64,000 nt of DNA from Octopus vulgaris (lineage: Eukaryota): assembly GCA_951406725.2 (NCBI GenBank), contig OX597814.1, positions 131,688,001 to 131,752,000 of the forward strand, read 5' to 3'. The notes under the pieces were generated by a model, which made no database searches, was not told the DNA's origin, and saw nothing but the letters and a program-made list of their open reading frames with translations. Of this stretch, positions 14,951 to 29,237 are shown piece by piece (position 1 is the first letter of the stretch; each line of letters opens with the position of its first letter). The translations under genes were made by a program, and so were the position numbers.

Positions 14951-15115
14951 AGTAGTTCACTAAATGATACTTATTAAACGCTGTATTTTACAGAATATTT
15001 TTATTACTAAATATAGAGATGGTTGCAATTATATGAAATCTTAGTGTGATGAAGTGTGTCAGCTCACATCATACTTTAGCCTTAGTAAGGAAAATTACAT
15101 ACATACATACGTACA

Positions 15116-15149
<34 letters not shown>

Positions 15150-17961
15150 CATACATACATACATACATACATACATACATACATAGATTCAACAGATGAG
15201 ATCGAGAGAATCTCAATATAAAAAATACTAAGTAGCACCCACTTGATTTGAAATTACACTCCGATATCTTTACTGGGGATTAAGGCAGCTGAGTAAAGAG
15301 TGCTAATAAGTGCATCCAAGTGAGCAAACATGGAGAGAATGATTCACATACGCAAAATCGGAGTAGCAAATAAACGAAAACAATCTCTTACCGTCAATGG
15401 TGAACATGTTTCTAGATCACAGGCTAGAAATTGCCTGATTTCCTTCGTCAACACCATATTCGATATTCATACCTATGAATAAACAATCCTTGGGAACATC
15501 CACTACGATCACATTTCCCCCTTTGTGTCTCCACAGGGAACTCTTATTACGCTTAACAAATGACTCCATTATTCGAATGAGGTGGCGAGCTCTCTACTAT
15601 GACTCAAGTTGAATTTTTCTAATCGTTCCAAGGATAAGACTCTCTCTCAATTTTCCCTGATACATTAGACTCACATCTATCCCCGCTGATGAAGAAAGCT
15701 TTGGATTTTACCAGTGTTTGTTTGATTCGATTACTTCCAATGTTATGAAGTAGCTTTGAGCCCCCAGAAACAACTGTCAGATTTGTAACAGCTCTTATTC
15801 TTTATAATCCGAGTTAGTTTGCTGTATTAAAAATAATAATATTTACATATTTTAAGTGTGCTTTCTCTTTTTACATGTATACATGTATATATATTAAATC
15901 CAATATATACATATATACTATCTTTGCTCACTTCTTACACTCGCGATTTTCCACCACCCAAGAGTCGATGGAAACTTCGGTGAGGCGTTCTCACCTCAAA
16001 GATCAAGAACTGATATCAACGTAGGATCAAGGAACAGACAGACACGTAACTTCGGACGGTGCAACATGACAGCTTCTACTTTAAAGGCTAGGCTGCTTTT
16101 GTTGTAACTTTGACGAATACAGCAAATATGTTGTCCAAATATTGCAAAATGTTTGATTCAAAACTGTATTTGGAGCACTTAAGTGGAAATAGAGTAAAGT
16201 TATTTGGCAAAGTATTTGAGTCATGAAGTTGACTTCTTCCATCATTTTTCCTGATAACATCACTTTTACTACCGCTGTTGAACTTATGAAACCACTTGAA
16301 AAACTGATGCATTTATCTCGAGTACATCGCATGCTATTTTTACCTCCACCTTAGCGAAGGCGTGAACGAGACATCTCAAAAACCACTGGATAGATTCGGT
16401 TGAAACTTTCAGGGATGTTTAGCCTCATGACTAACACGAATTAATTAGATTTTGGGATCGTTCCGGCACAGGACAATTCCGGAATTTTTGTTATATTTAC
16501 TTTACATGATTACGCTCTTACGTTAACTTTCAAGTCTTTCTCAATTTTCTCTCTTTAGGTTGTAACTATTTTGAATGGTGAGTTTGTTAACCTTGGTTTG
16601 TATTAGATAAGGATAAGCTATTTATTACTGTTACTAAATTTTCTACCGCCACCTTCACGTTCCATGACTACTATTGGGTTCGATCGGATACCAGATAAGG
16701 ATTCTGGACTTTTGCCGTTTTTTAAACTTAATTTTTGAGAGGGGTCGGGTTCATTTTTAGTATTATTGTTTGTACGAGCAGTAGAGGTCATTTCAGATAT
16801 TCTCATTTGAAAATCATCTCTGGCTAATCGTTGAGAGGACGTTGGTGGCGCCTTGGCGGAGGTTTGTGCTCTTGTTAATACTTGCATCTGAAGTACAGTT
16901 GCAAAGGCATGTCTTCTCATTAAGCTAAGTATTCCAAAAATTTAGTATTTGAATGACACAAAAATAGACCGTTTACGCCTTAATCATACTGTATGATATA
17001 CCACTAGATAAACCTCGGTTGTGATCCCGTTTAATGAAACGTAGGATGTTTGCTCCTATGAATTAAACCGACATTGCATTATAAGTTGCAGTTTTACGAA
17101 AATATCCTGCTTGGATGTTTATAAGCTTCAAAATAGGGAAACACACACCAGCGTAGGATGTAAAGTTTGGCAAACTAACTCTCTCGTTTATTTACATTTA
17201 TGCTCACGTGTGGTCACTTAATTTTACTTCTTGGAAGACGTACTGATTGCAAGAGTTATGTTTGCAGTTCATTTTACGCAGTACCGCAGCAATTGAGCAA
17301 CAGTGTGCAGTTCATTTTACGCAGTACCGCAGCAATTGAGCAACAGTTTGCAAATAACCCGTGGCACGAGTTAAATAAAGTGTTGATAAAATATTTTGGA
17401 TATATCTTCAATGCAAAATCAACAACAAAAAACCCCACAAAAAACAAACAAAACAACACAAAACCAAGCAAAAGACCCATCTCCTCCCCCAAAATAGTGT
17501 GCTTTATAAGTAGTCAACCAAATAACTTGATTTCTTTCCTCTATGACCTGAGTTTAAATGTCTATGATTTATTTTATCTAGCATGGTAAAAGGTGGGACG
17601 GGAGCGATTACATAAATAATAGTAACACTCGAGGTATAAACGCAGAAAAAAAACAAAGCAAAATATGTGTCAAAAGCGCAGAGCTCATTCATTCTGCGGA
17701 AGCTATAATGCATATATATATATATAAATGTACAGAAAAGGAATGTTTCCTATTCATACACTTATCTATGTCTAAATATGTATATGTACATGTCGCATAT
17801 CTATGTATAGAAGAATTAGATTAAAATGTGTGCTATATCTATCTATATTATCTATATATAACTGCATCGAAGTTGATGTTCTAATATGATGCACCTGTAA
17901 CCACTACAGAAATATTAAAATTCTTTTCCTCTTTCCTCTCTCTGTTTTGTGGTACTGTAGG

Positions 17962-18004
<43 letters not shown>

Positions 18005-18367
18005 GCATGATATGTGTGTGTGTGTGTGTGTGTGTGTGTTTGTGTGTGTACGTGAATGTAAATTATGCACGTCCACAAATTAGCACGCATGTCGGACCAT
18101 AACTTAATTTTCACAGCGGAGAAATCCAACATTGTTTATACAAACATTGTTTATACAAACACCAACACAGAAGCGTCGGTGTAAAGAGAGAGAGGGAGAG
18201 GGAGAGAGAGAGAGATAACAGATTTTTAAAATTTCGTCTTTTTACTGAGTGATTGATAGGCAAAAACAGACAGACACGTGTTGTTATGTATGTATGTATG
18301 GGTGAATGGCTTCAGTCACACACACACACACGAACATGTATGCAATGTGTGTGTGTGTGTGTTGCCC

Positions 18368-18404
<37 letters not shown>

Positions 18405-18615
18405 AAAAAGGAGATTGGAACACGAGTTGTGATATATAAAAAAAAGGAAATGAAAAGAGAAAAGAGAAAAAATCTATCAGAAAGGAACTCTATCTCTCTT
18501 TAAAAATATCTTTTGATAAGCATAACAAATGCGCAACCGGTAAAAAGAACTTTCACCTAATTAAATACACTCTCCCTTACTTAAATTATTTTGTCAGCAT
18601 TCTCTTCATTTCCTT

Positions 18616-18668
<53 letters not shown>

Positions 18669-18689
18669 CACACACACAATATAAACGAT

Positions 18690-19379
18690 ATTCTCCGTTT
18701 CTCCACAACTAATTTCCAAATTAGCTGAATCCGTTGCTCTTCTCATAGCGAAATATAGCTGGTCGTGCGTGACTATGGGAGAGAGCAGAGGTTACCAGAG
18801 CAAAGGACCGAAGTGTTGACTGTAGACCCGCTCCTTCGCAAACGATCAGCTATTATTTTGTAAACAATGTTTCGAAACTGTTCATGTTTCCGAAAGTAGA
18901 GATCTGACTCTCACATCTCCGTGGGAGAATGTTTATCTCTCTATTCCACTTACAAAACTCACGTCTGGGTGTTTACAAATTTGTATTTTGTAAACAATGT
19001 TTCGAAACTGTCCATGTTTTCGAAAGGATAGATCTGACTCTTTTCAACCATAACGTCAACCGATTTTGATGTATTTTGTTCAAACTTGATGCCAGCATTA
19101 CTTAGGACTCACGAGATCTTTGAATGCTTTAAGTTCTCCAAAAACGAACCCCCCCTCCGCCAAAAAAAAAAACCATCGATGAGTGGAAAAATCGATAAAC
19201 CGATTATTTATGGGATTTCCCAATCAAATTGTCTGCAAAATTTCAGCCAAAAGTTTACCAATTTCAACGGATTTCACTCAAATTTGACGTCGATGTTACT
19301 TAGTTTGCTTTGAAATAAAGAGCTTGATTAGTTTAATAATCCTAACTTAATCCCGAGCAAAGCCGGGCTATACTGCAAG
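18690..19379 (+). mobile_element. Non-autonomous Helitron-like element (5' end uncertain)
   Basis: The 3' end cccgagcaaagccgggctatactgcaag|t resembles the end at 30495-30523. There is an internal direct repeat at about 18852-18911 and 18984-19042. Confidence 0.6.
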
Positions 19380-19397
19380 TATATATATATATATATA

Positions 19398-20499
19398 TCT
19401 TAAAGTGTTTGAACGAGTGGTAAGATCAAGGATAGCTGATTTCCTGGAGATCCACAAACTACTAAATGGAAACCAGCATGGCTTTCGCTGTGGCAGGGAC
19501 TGTCTAACACAGCTCTTACACCACATTGAAGAAGATATACTTAAAGCCTTGGGAACAGGTTCGAACTCTGATGTCATATATCTTGACTTCGGTAAAGTGT
19601 TCGACAGGGCTGACCATAATATCTTACTATCAATATTGACAAATGCTGGAATGTGTGGAAAACCTCTACACTGGATTAAGTATTTCCTAGCGAATAGAAC
19701 ACAACATGTTGTAGTCAATGGAGTCCACTCAAGCCCAGCAAAAGTCACCAGCGGTGTTCCCCAGGGGACTGTCTTGGGTCCGCTACTCTTCATAATTTAC
19801 ATAAACGACCTTTCCAGCGTCGTAACACACTGCAGAGTGAAAGTATTTGTTGATGACACTAAGCTCCAGAAAACCATCAATAAAGAAGAAGACCGAACTC
19901 AACTCCAGTCTGATCTATATGTGGTGAGTCAATGGGCAGACAAAAACAAAATGCAACTAAACGAGGGAAAATTTGAGCTGATGCATTTTGGAAGAAAGTC
20001 TATACTAAAACAGCCATACTCTCTTCCTTCAGGGGAACTGCTCACAGCATCTAATAATATCAGAGACCTAGGTGTAATTGTTGATAACAATCTCAGTTAG
20101 AGTGCCAACATCAACAATACGGTCGATATAGCTCGTAGGATGTGCTCCTAGATCTTAAGAATCTTCCGGTTCAGAGAACAAGGTGTCATCATTTCACTTT
20201 TCTCTTCCTTTGTACGGCCACACTTCGAATACTGCTGCCCTTTTGGTCTCCCCATACAAAACATCTCGAGGATTGAATCACCCCAGAGGGCACTCACTAA
20301 ACGAATTGAAGGCATGACTGATCTCGATTACTGGGACCGCCTTAAAGCTTTGAAACTCTACTGTCTCCAGCGCCGCCGCGAGCGGTACATCATTTGTACG
20401 ATGTGGAGAATATACTGCCAGCATTGTCCAAATGACCTGAACATTAGTGTCAAGGTTCATCTAAGGCTGGGACCACGGGCCAAATGTCCCCTGCCCAAT
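19398..20499 (+). mobile_element. Second, degraded copy of the same CR1-like LINE
   Basis: Co-linear with 1332-2433, with in-frame stops at about 20098 and 20149. Confidence 0.92.
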
Positions 20500-20540
20500 A
20501 CATATTTATATGTATATACGTATACATGTAAGTATGTACG

Positions 20541-20615
<75 letters not shown>

Positions 20616-22125
20616 GTATATTGTTGTGCCTTTAGGAGAGTCATTCTGTCTTAATGCCTTATTATTAACACATTCACCGGTTCAGTTTCTACTCATTTAG
20701 TTATTTATTTATATTATTACGGAGATGTATTTGCATAGCAAGTGACCTGATTAGAGATCGTGTGCTGAAACACAAACAACTGCAGCGTGGAAGGTATTCA
20801 TAAGCCGTTTAAAAACACACAAAAATCGATAGATTCACTTCAACATTTAAATATAATTTGCCAAAATATTTTCGTCGCTTTGATACCGCGACCTGTTCAC
20901 TGACAAAATTCCGTGCAGCACCGATAGAATAAGTAATTGACTTATGTAAAGAAAGATATAAGTAATGATGTGGATTTGTTCGACCAAAACCCTTAAAAGA
21001 GGTGCCTTAGTCTGGTCGCAGTCCAATAAGCAAAACTAACAATTAAATGATAAAAGATATCTACATTTGCTTCTATCGCCTAAAGGTCAAGCTGTTTCAG
21101 TTATCAGTATATCAATTCCTGAACCAATTGAATATAGCATATAACATCTTATTGTTCATCATATTAGTGTTGTTGTTATTACTGTTATTGTTGTTAGTGC
21201 TGTCCTTTGTGTTGTTGTTTCTTGACCATATCGTGAATCCTTTGCTATTATGTTTATTGCTTGGGGACGTGAATATATTATGCGAGTGTAACAGTGTGTG
21301 TTCGCCGGTGCAACGGCTATGACGGTGGGTATTTTGTTACTTACTCCACCTTCAAAAAGATGATAGCCCGTGAGCGAGTTTGTTAGTGGATGTACTGTGT
21401 CTAATAATACACTATGTATGAGGGGCGATGGAAAATTTACATCCTGTGCTTTTTTCTCTTTTATTCATATCTGAAATCGCTATTTAAAAATTATTTAATA
21501 GAAGGTTATTCGGAATGGGTTTCAAACTCCTGATTAATGCTAAAAGATAAGGAATGTAAACTGAGGAAATGATGAAATTTGGACTGGCGAAGTAGAGTAA
21601 ACAGGTATTTGAAAATATCTCATCGACGAAGAATCTGCGTTTTCTATATTTTATGGTATATGACAAAAGCGTCAGATACATTGAACCTGCATTCAAGCTT
21701 GAAAAAGAAGTTCATACATCGCGAAATTACACAAATTCAAACAGAATGTTCAATGAAAATCAGACGTAACAATTTAGAACGCAAGTATAAAAACATCAAG
21801 AAATATGTAATTTAGTCATTATTGTCTCGAACAGATAAAGTTAGAGAATACATGATATATTTCTTGATTATTCTGGATTTGCGTTCTACAGTTTTCGTTA
21901 ATAAGTTTTTCGAAATATTTGTTTATCCAATTTCAACGGTCCAAAATTGATATTTTCTTTCGGGTTCACCAGACGGCACCAAAGACGTCGTCGTACTTTA
22001 TTTTGTACCGCGAAACGGGTATATCCACACCCGTTCGCATACTCTTCCATTAGGTATATTTTAAGTAGTGAGTTCAGAGAGAATCAAACACAGGAAGTAA
22101 TATGTCTCTCGCTGCTCGTACATTT

Positions 22126-22169
<44 letters not shown>

Positions 22170-22767
22170 TCATTATAAGGGAAGCTGTTGAGACTTCATC
22201 TTCGTATAATTCTAGCATAGTACAGGCATTGTTTACAGAAATCCTTTTATCTTTAATAAACAACCAAGTACACTAAAAGTACAAAACTGGTATATAAAAA
22301 GCCGCAGAAAAAAAACACCGATAAAAGATTTGGATGAGACATCCAGCTGTCCAATACTTTATCCAAATATCATATGATTTACCCAGAGCAAAAGTATAAT
22401 GCATAAGAAATAACAAAGGTGGAATATTTGTGTTTATATTATATTTTATTCATTAAATGCAATTTTATGTTACAATTATAATTTATACACAGTATAAACT
22501 GGTCAGTTCTTGCTCCCTATATTTATGAAATATATAGAACAAGATTATATTAAACACAATGTTATTGGGAAATAAATTCTTATAAAATTATACAAAAGTC
22601 TTATTTACTAAAATAATGTACAAACTATAAAATTAATTATATATTACATATTAAAAGGAATATAAATATCCAATAGGGAACAATACATGCGTATAAATAT
22701 TTCTTTAATTAGTTTAAATTTATTCTATATACACAGTTATTTTAAACATGCCTTGCTTGCCGTGTGC

Positions 22768-22801
<34 letters not shown>

Positions 22802-23009
22802 GTAACTGAAAGGCTACGATTTCCAGCAACCATAAAAATATTTAGACTATGAATATACAAGAGAAAATCAAGCGGGGGTTTACCATCTGATGATTGCAAA
22901 CAAGAAAACTTGAGGGATGCAAAACGGAGTCTTTCACTGATAATGTATCAATGAATGTTCTACATTTGCTTTCATTCCTGTAAGTTGTCACTTCTGATGA
23001 GTAAAAACA

Positions 23010-23120
<111 letters not shown>

Positions 23121-23589
23121 GAGGTAGGTACGTACATATATGTTTGTATATATGCATATGTTTTATTTTATTTATTAATATTATATTATATATATATACA
23201 CTAGAAATATATGCTAAATAAAATGTGTAGGAAGGAGGATGTGTGCATATATGCATGCGTATGCACCTATACACTTTCCCACTCACTTTGGCTCTATGAA
23301 CGTTATCCTCCAATTTGCGAATTCACGCGTAATTTCGGTTAGATTCATATCGGTTCATGAACCTCATATACATATGCTGTAATTTATTATTCAATTGACA
23401 AAGGTAACAAGATAAAATAAATAAAGTCGGAGATAAAAAATTAAAATCAAGAAATGAAAATAAGAGAGAAAATAATGATAATAATAATAATAATAAAAAC
23501 CACACGGTGGTCAACTCGTCGTTCCATGATACTATGAATAACTTTTGCGTTACACGCATTGAACGAACAATTTAGCATTTGGTCGATTT

Positions 23590-24111
23590 TTAGTTCCCAT
23601 TGTCGTCTCTATTGACATCAACCTTCCGTGCACACACACAGGCTGTGGATACATAAATTATATCTGGTTTATACACATACAATCCATCAATACATTCACC
23701 TGTTCGTTTCAGGACAGTCATTTTAGTGTGTACAGGCGTACATTCTTGATTGGTGTACTTAGGGCCGACACAGGTTTCACAGCGACATCTCGCTTCCATA
23801 CGTGATGGAGGGAAAACTGTTGAATCATGCGTAATGTCCAGGTACCAAGGACAGGTTGAACGTTCGCGGATTTCACCAAAAGATTCAAGCGATGCTGGGC
23901 ACTTTTTATCTCCATCGGTCGGTGTTGTCCGGTTACTTTCGGCTGGGGCCATTTCAGCTGGCAGAAAAAAATGATTGTCAATGGCTGCTTTGGACAAGCT
24001 CTTGTAGCGGACTTTTAAGTCTGATGGTATTTTACATTGGGTTGGAATTGATGCCGAAGATACAATCAAGATGAAGTTCAAGATGAGAAAGATTACAACT
24101 TGAGGGAGATC
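23590..24111 (-). CDS. IL17: Interleukin-17-like cytokine, exon 2 (signal peptide plus cystine-knot domain)
   Basis: The ORF has a hydrophobic signal (VVIFLILNFILIVSSA) and the IL-17 motifs RSTCPW, EARCRCETC, ECTPV and TACVCAR. The acceptor ttgttttattacag|GAT is in phase 0 at 24112/24111, and the stop is at 23590. The ORF-track start at 24168 lies in the intron. Confidence 0.93.
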   Translation of the reverse strand, partial: DLPQVVIFLILNFILIVSSASIPTQCKIPSDLKVRYKSLSKAAIDNHFFLPAEMAPAESNRTTPTDGDKKCPASLESFGEIRERSTCPWYLDITHDSTVFPPSRMEARCRCETCVGPKYTNQECTPVHTKMTVLKRTGECIDGLYVYKPDIIYVSTACVCARKVDVNRDDNGN

Positions 24112-24205
24112 CTGTAATAAAACAAGATATATTTTCATTAAGCTTTCTACGTTAATATATATATACACACGTATATGTATATCTATAAATAGACAGATAA
24201 GTAGT

Positions 24206-24275
<70 letters not shown>

Positions 24276-25001
24276 TAGCTACCTCTTTTCTGTGTCTGGT
24301 TTGCACGATACATTATGTGAAGTCGTGTGTTGCATCACTGCGTGTGTTAATGTTATTGGGATAAAAACTCGCCTAAGTCACAACACTATACATGGAGTGA
24401 GAGAGAGAGAGAGAGAGAGAGAGGAAGAGAGGGAAAGAGAGAGAGAAAGAAAGAGAAAGAGAGAGAAGGAGAGGGCGAAAGAGACTGAGTGAGGAAGTGA
24501 GAGAAAGTGGAAAGATAGAAGATGCGATGAAGTCCATGCAATGAAGACCATTCAGTTCCAGGTCAGACCAGTGTTTGCGTGTCATTGGGATGCCAGCTAG
24601 GACTTGAACAATCACGACTGGACCAGCTTCGAAAGTGGGGTCTAAAAATCTTTAGACCACAGAAGCATCACTGACATTACATCCCATAGCATATGTATCA
24701 TAGCATATGCATCATAAACCTAATTCATTACATAGACATAGACAACTAGGTGATATAAAAAGGGGCAACAAAACACCCAGATAGACGATACAAAAAAAAA
24801 AACAAGGACTGGTCATTCGAAGCTTTCTATCCTCAGTCAAGAACTAAATCATCCTCGCAATTTTGGTATGAGTGTGTGTGTGTGTGTGTGTGTGTGCATT
24901 CATAGATACATAGTTTTTCATTATTGTAGAATAGGACGCTTTACTCCAGAAAGAGTGGCATGAAGAAATTCGCTAGTTAACATAAACTGAAGTCTACTTA
25001 C

Positions 25002-25004
25002 CAT
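25002..25004 (-). CDS. IL17: IL-17 exon 1 coding part (ATG only), followed by an 890-nt phase-0 intron (24112-25001)
   Basis: The minus strand reads aaataacgATG|gtaagtag, a perfect donor. Joining gives MDLPQVVIF. The same ATG|gtaagtag is conserved in the paralog at 59230. Confidence 0.82.
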
Positions 25005-25260
25005 CGTTATTTTTACTGTGGTGTTTTTTTCGCTTTGAAATATAAAGTAAGATGAGAGCAATACAGCCTGTAAGTCAGTAAGGCACTAAGGCAGCCAGAT
25101 ATTTAACTCGTTTCTGAATGTGATTTGCTTCTAAATGATATCGACTCTCCTTGATTTGCTCCTTATATACCGTTGCAAAATCCACTTATGTTAATGTTAT
25201 TCATAAAACAACAGGAACAGTATTTGATTTAAAAATATCAACGAGTGGGACTTCAAACTA
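25005..25260 (-). promoter_or_regulatory. IL-17 5'UTR, TATA box and proximal promoter
   Basis: TATATAAG lies at about 25162-25169 on the minus strand, about 160 nt upstream of the ATG, and is positionally conserved with TATATAAA at 59066. There is a C/EBP-like TTTTGCAA at 25173-25180. Confidence 0.65.
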
Positions 25261-26078
25261 TACAGAAGTGCCCTCATCCGGCTGTATGGTGAATCTGGAC
25301 TATGTGTAATACTTTTTAATAAATTATAGAATTTAACTACTATCCTGACCCAGTATCGTAGGTGTTATTGTAGATCTCAATGATACACAGTCATCTCAGT
25401 TGCGATATACGCTCTATTGCCCGCTTTCTCTAATTTTAACATAGTATTATGCAGTCACTGTTGTGCAGAGAGAAATCTACTTTAAGCGTACTTCGGTTCT
25501 ACTTGTATCATTAGTGTACACATCTGTAATAACAATATTTCCCTTCTTTTAGATTGGAATAAACAACGATGATAATTTCAAATGTCATTTTATATTCTAT
25601 GTATGTAATTTTACTATGTTATGTAATTTTGATAGAATTTTTTCTGTCTCTCAGAACAGTCTCTCCAAGTTATTCAGAGTAACTACACAATTACAATAAA
25701 ATAATTTATATCGTCTCAGGTTCAAGTATTTATATACCTTGTGATCACGAAATTCGCATCACTATTTGATTAACAAACATACAAACAATACGAAGGAATA
25801 TGGCCAACGTAACTGCAAAATTGAGTAATACCCAAAATGGTGTAACAAGCAATTGTTCAGTACCGGAGATTATAAATATTTCATATCAAAATTCCACCCC
25901 ACGCCTCTGCTACTCCATAATTTCATCGTTATGGGGTACATGTAGAAAAGTTAGGATCTATGCAATAAGGTGTTTATATCTATTCTTTGTACATTCTTCA
26001 TCGATGTTAATTTTCGTTATCGAAGAATATGTTTTTATTTGGATTCTCATTGCTTTGTGTGCACTCCAGGAATTATTA

Positions 26079-27824
26079 CATCCATCAGCACGTTTTCTAC
26101 CACAGGATTTATCAATAGTTTTTAGCTAATTTGGAGGCACTAAATCCAAATCTGGCATCAGATTTTATCTACCACATAGAATTTTTGAGATATAAAATTT
26201 TTAAATTTGGCTAGAAAAGCTATTTAATGCTCATAATGTAATAAGTCAAAACACGAAGTTGTGGAGTAATTACACATTAGCATTTAAAAATTAAATTTGG
26301 TAATAAGAAAATATGACTACAAAATCTCTATTCATTGTGGTCATTCATTTTGATCATGTTATTACTGCAAGAACTTCCTCTGTTTTTCTTTGACTATCTC
26401 GTACACAACTTCTGGAAAATCTCTCATCCAGCTCCCGCGGTAATTTGCCGTTGTATTTGAATCCCATTGGCCTTGGTAGCGTTCTTCTATTTCTTTTACG
26501 TCTTGATAAAAGGGTTCACCTTCTTCTTCCCTAACATCACTCAGGTAGTCTGGAACTCACCCAAATGACTTAATTTAATGCCCATTTTCCATCGAAGTGC
26601 TCTTTTCCCACTCAGTGATCCTTTGTAGCCCTACTCTTCCAGTAGCACAGGAAACAAGGGTTCTTTGTGTAAACTCCTCACTGGCCCAGTAGAAGGTTTG
26701 CAATTTTCAGATCGACACAAATTGCTCGTCCATGAACATGATAGTGCAACTTCTCCAGAATTCTCTTCATGTTGGCATACTACTCTTTCATTTTTATAGA
26801 ATGTACTATTGGAATTGAGCCATACAAATTCCGTTGTGGAGTAAAAAAAATTCAATCTGGTTTTAGAGTTGTCAAGAAGTCTCCACTCACGTGAAATATT
26901 TGCCAGCACTCCCATATTGAGAAGAATCCCTTCAACATCATTGCAATAAACATGTTGACCATCTGAAAGGAAGTACGTCCACAGTTCTGCTTCTCTTTCA
27001 ATAAATGGAAACACAAGTGCCAGGTTTCAGCAGTCTTACCTCTTGCAAACCTGGAAGCCAATAATTCTGCTTTGGCTCATACAAATCCCTAACCAGATCA
27101 TTCAATTCAAGTTGACTAAACAGAGAAAAATGACCACAGTCTGAATCAGATGGCATAAGGCGTACATCTTCATCACCTGTAGGTGAATTGAGGGCTTCAT
27201 CATCAATCTGTGACATCTCAATAAATACAGGCACAGATATTTCCTTGGAGTGTGCAACCTGTCGACGCGCTGATAGGATATCTGGGTATTGCAATTTTCG
27301 TTTGGCTTTTGTATTGATCTCTTTGCACTCTGTCTTTCAGACCATCATCGCAAAGTTTCAACATATCTTTTTCAAATTTTGTGGGGATCCCAGGTTTTGT
27401 CCTAAGCTCCAAGTGTGACTTTGAAGTACGTAAAATACATCTCCATGACAAATTTATTAACGTTGCGCCTTTGATCCTGTGGGAGTGAAATTTCCACAGA
27501 TGTAATAGAAGACATCGGGGTCATTACAACCCCCCCCCTTCCTTTTGATGTATCCGTAACTAGATTACAGTAGTTTCCTTTACAACTGAAAAGAAGAGAT
27601 AGGGTTGTAAAGCAAAATTCTGCTTAGATATATTAAACCAACTGTATCTCCCGCAAATTGTGTTGTAAAGATAATTTTTGGTGTAATCCAAATAAAGAGG
27701 GCACAAAAATGTTATGTGATAGAGCAAATCCGAGATCAGTTTTGGGATCAGCACCCAAAAATTAATCTAAAACAGCTCTAAGATTTTATGCCAGAGAATA
27801 AAGTATTTAATTTGTTGACGAGTG
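26079..27824 (-). mobile_element. Degraded CMC-superfamily (Chapaev3-like) DNA transposon
   Basis: The minus strand encodes CNDPDVFYYICG...DKTWDPH, RLLKPGT, VYCNDVEGIL..MGV...EWRL and TK.PCFL. It has a CAC...GTG-type terminus and a TTA target duplication (26076-26078 and 27825-27827). The superfamily name comes from motif recall. Confidence 0.7.
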
Positions 27825-28888
27825 TTATCTTTTTGATAGATTTCTGCATGCGTCAGCTAATAAAATGCTGATTATTGTAGAGAAAAGTCCGTGCTCTTCA
27901 CAGATACATTGGTAGCATTGTGTGAGGGGACACACAACACGGTCCCAACAGTGTACAGAATCACAAAGTCCCTTACACCGGTGAATTGCGAGTGTTATGA
28001 ACGAACACATATATTATAAAGTGAGAAGATGTTTCCAGTGACAAAACACAACAGCGATTAGATATTCACGTTCCAATCTGTCAGAAGCTATTAAAAATGA
28101 ATGAAACACATTATATTTCCTCTAAATTATTTTCCATAATAGAAATTCTTGATTGCTGTTCGAACTATGCTTAAAGTACACGCGAAATTACAGTGATATG
28201 GGGTAATTTATTTAAATGTTCCACTGTCCAGTGATGGGCTAAATATATACCTGCTAATGTTCTCTGCAAAATGCTATATGAGCGCGTTTGGTGAGGAGAT
28301 TTCCTTTTTATGTATTTTGTATCAATCTTAACTTTTCAGTCATCAAGGAAAGTTAGTTTTTCGGATTTTCATATATTGCAAAATCAAATTTATTAGCTCA
28401 TTTGTTTTTTCTTACAAAATGCTTAACAGTGTTTATATTTTCTGGGTTTTTCATATTGTTCATATAATTTCAATTGCAATATTGGCCATATACAAGTCGA
28501 TCCTGTTCGATTTTTCTGTTTGTATGAGAGACGTTAAATTTCAAGTTGCTTCTCTATCGTAAATGCCTATGTTTATTTCGGCTTCTCTTAACCCAGAAGA
28601 AACAAAAGATCGTCGTAAAAGAAAAGCGACTTCCTTGTATTCATAATGTTAATGATATCGCTGCCAGTTTGTGGTCGTAAATATCTTAACGACTTAGAGC
28701 GCTTACAGAACAAAAAAAAGAAAAACAGAAAGAAAAAAAAACAGTATTGTGTAATATGGAAAACGGTTAATGTGGAGTTGAAATTATTTTGAAAGTATTA
28801 AATTCGCTTTATTTAAAGACTTTATTCCTTACAGATCAACAGTATTTACGGACTGGATGGATGTTAGCCGAAAAAGTCGCTTCTTGAA

Positions 28889-28954
<66 letters not shown>

Positions 28955-29172
28955 CACACACACATATATATATAAAATACAAAAAAAGGCAACAAAATAT
29001 CCAGACAGACGATACAAGGAAAACAAGGACGCATCATTCGGAGTTTTTTATCCTCAGTCGAGTTCCAGATTATCTTTGCAATTTAGGCTGGTTATACTGG
29101 AGATTGCTCCAGTCTGACCAGCCTCAAAGAAAAAATAAGCTTAGAGCATTATATTCGCAGGAAGAAAGCAGC

Positions 29173-29237
<65 letters not shown>

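Noticed and set aside
24112-24168. ORF-track N-terminus MYIYINVES... of IL-17
   Set aside because: It is intronic, upstream of a clear acceptor. The true ATG is at 25002-25004.
29031-29130. Hammerhead in the TA-embedded element shared with 24770-24865
   Set aside because: A strong hairpin is present (ggctggt/accagcc enclosing actggag/ctccagt), but no CUGANGA is in the correct position. At most it is a decayed motif.
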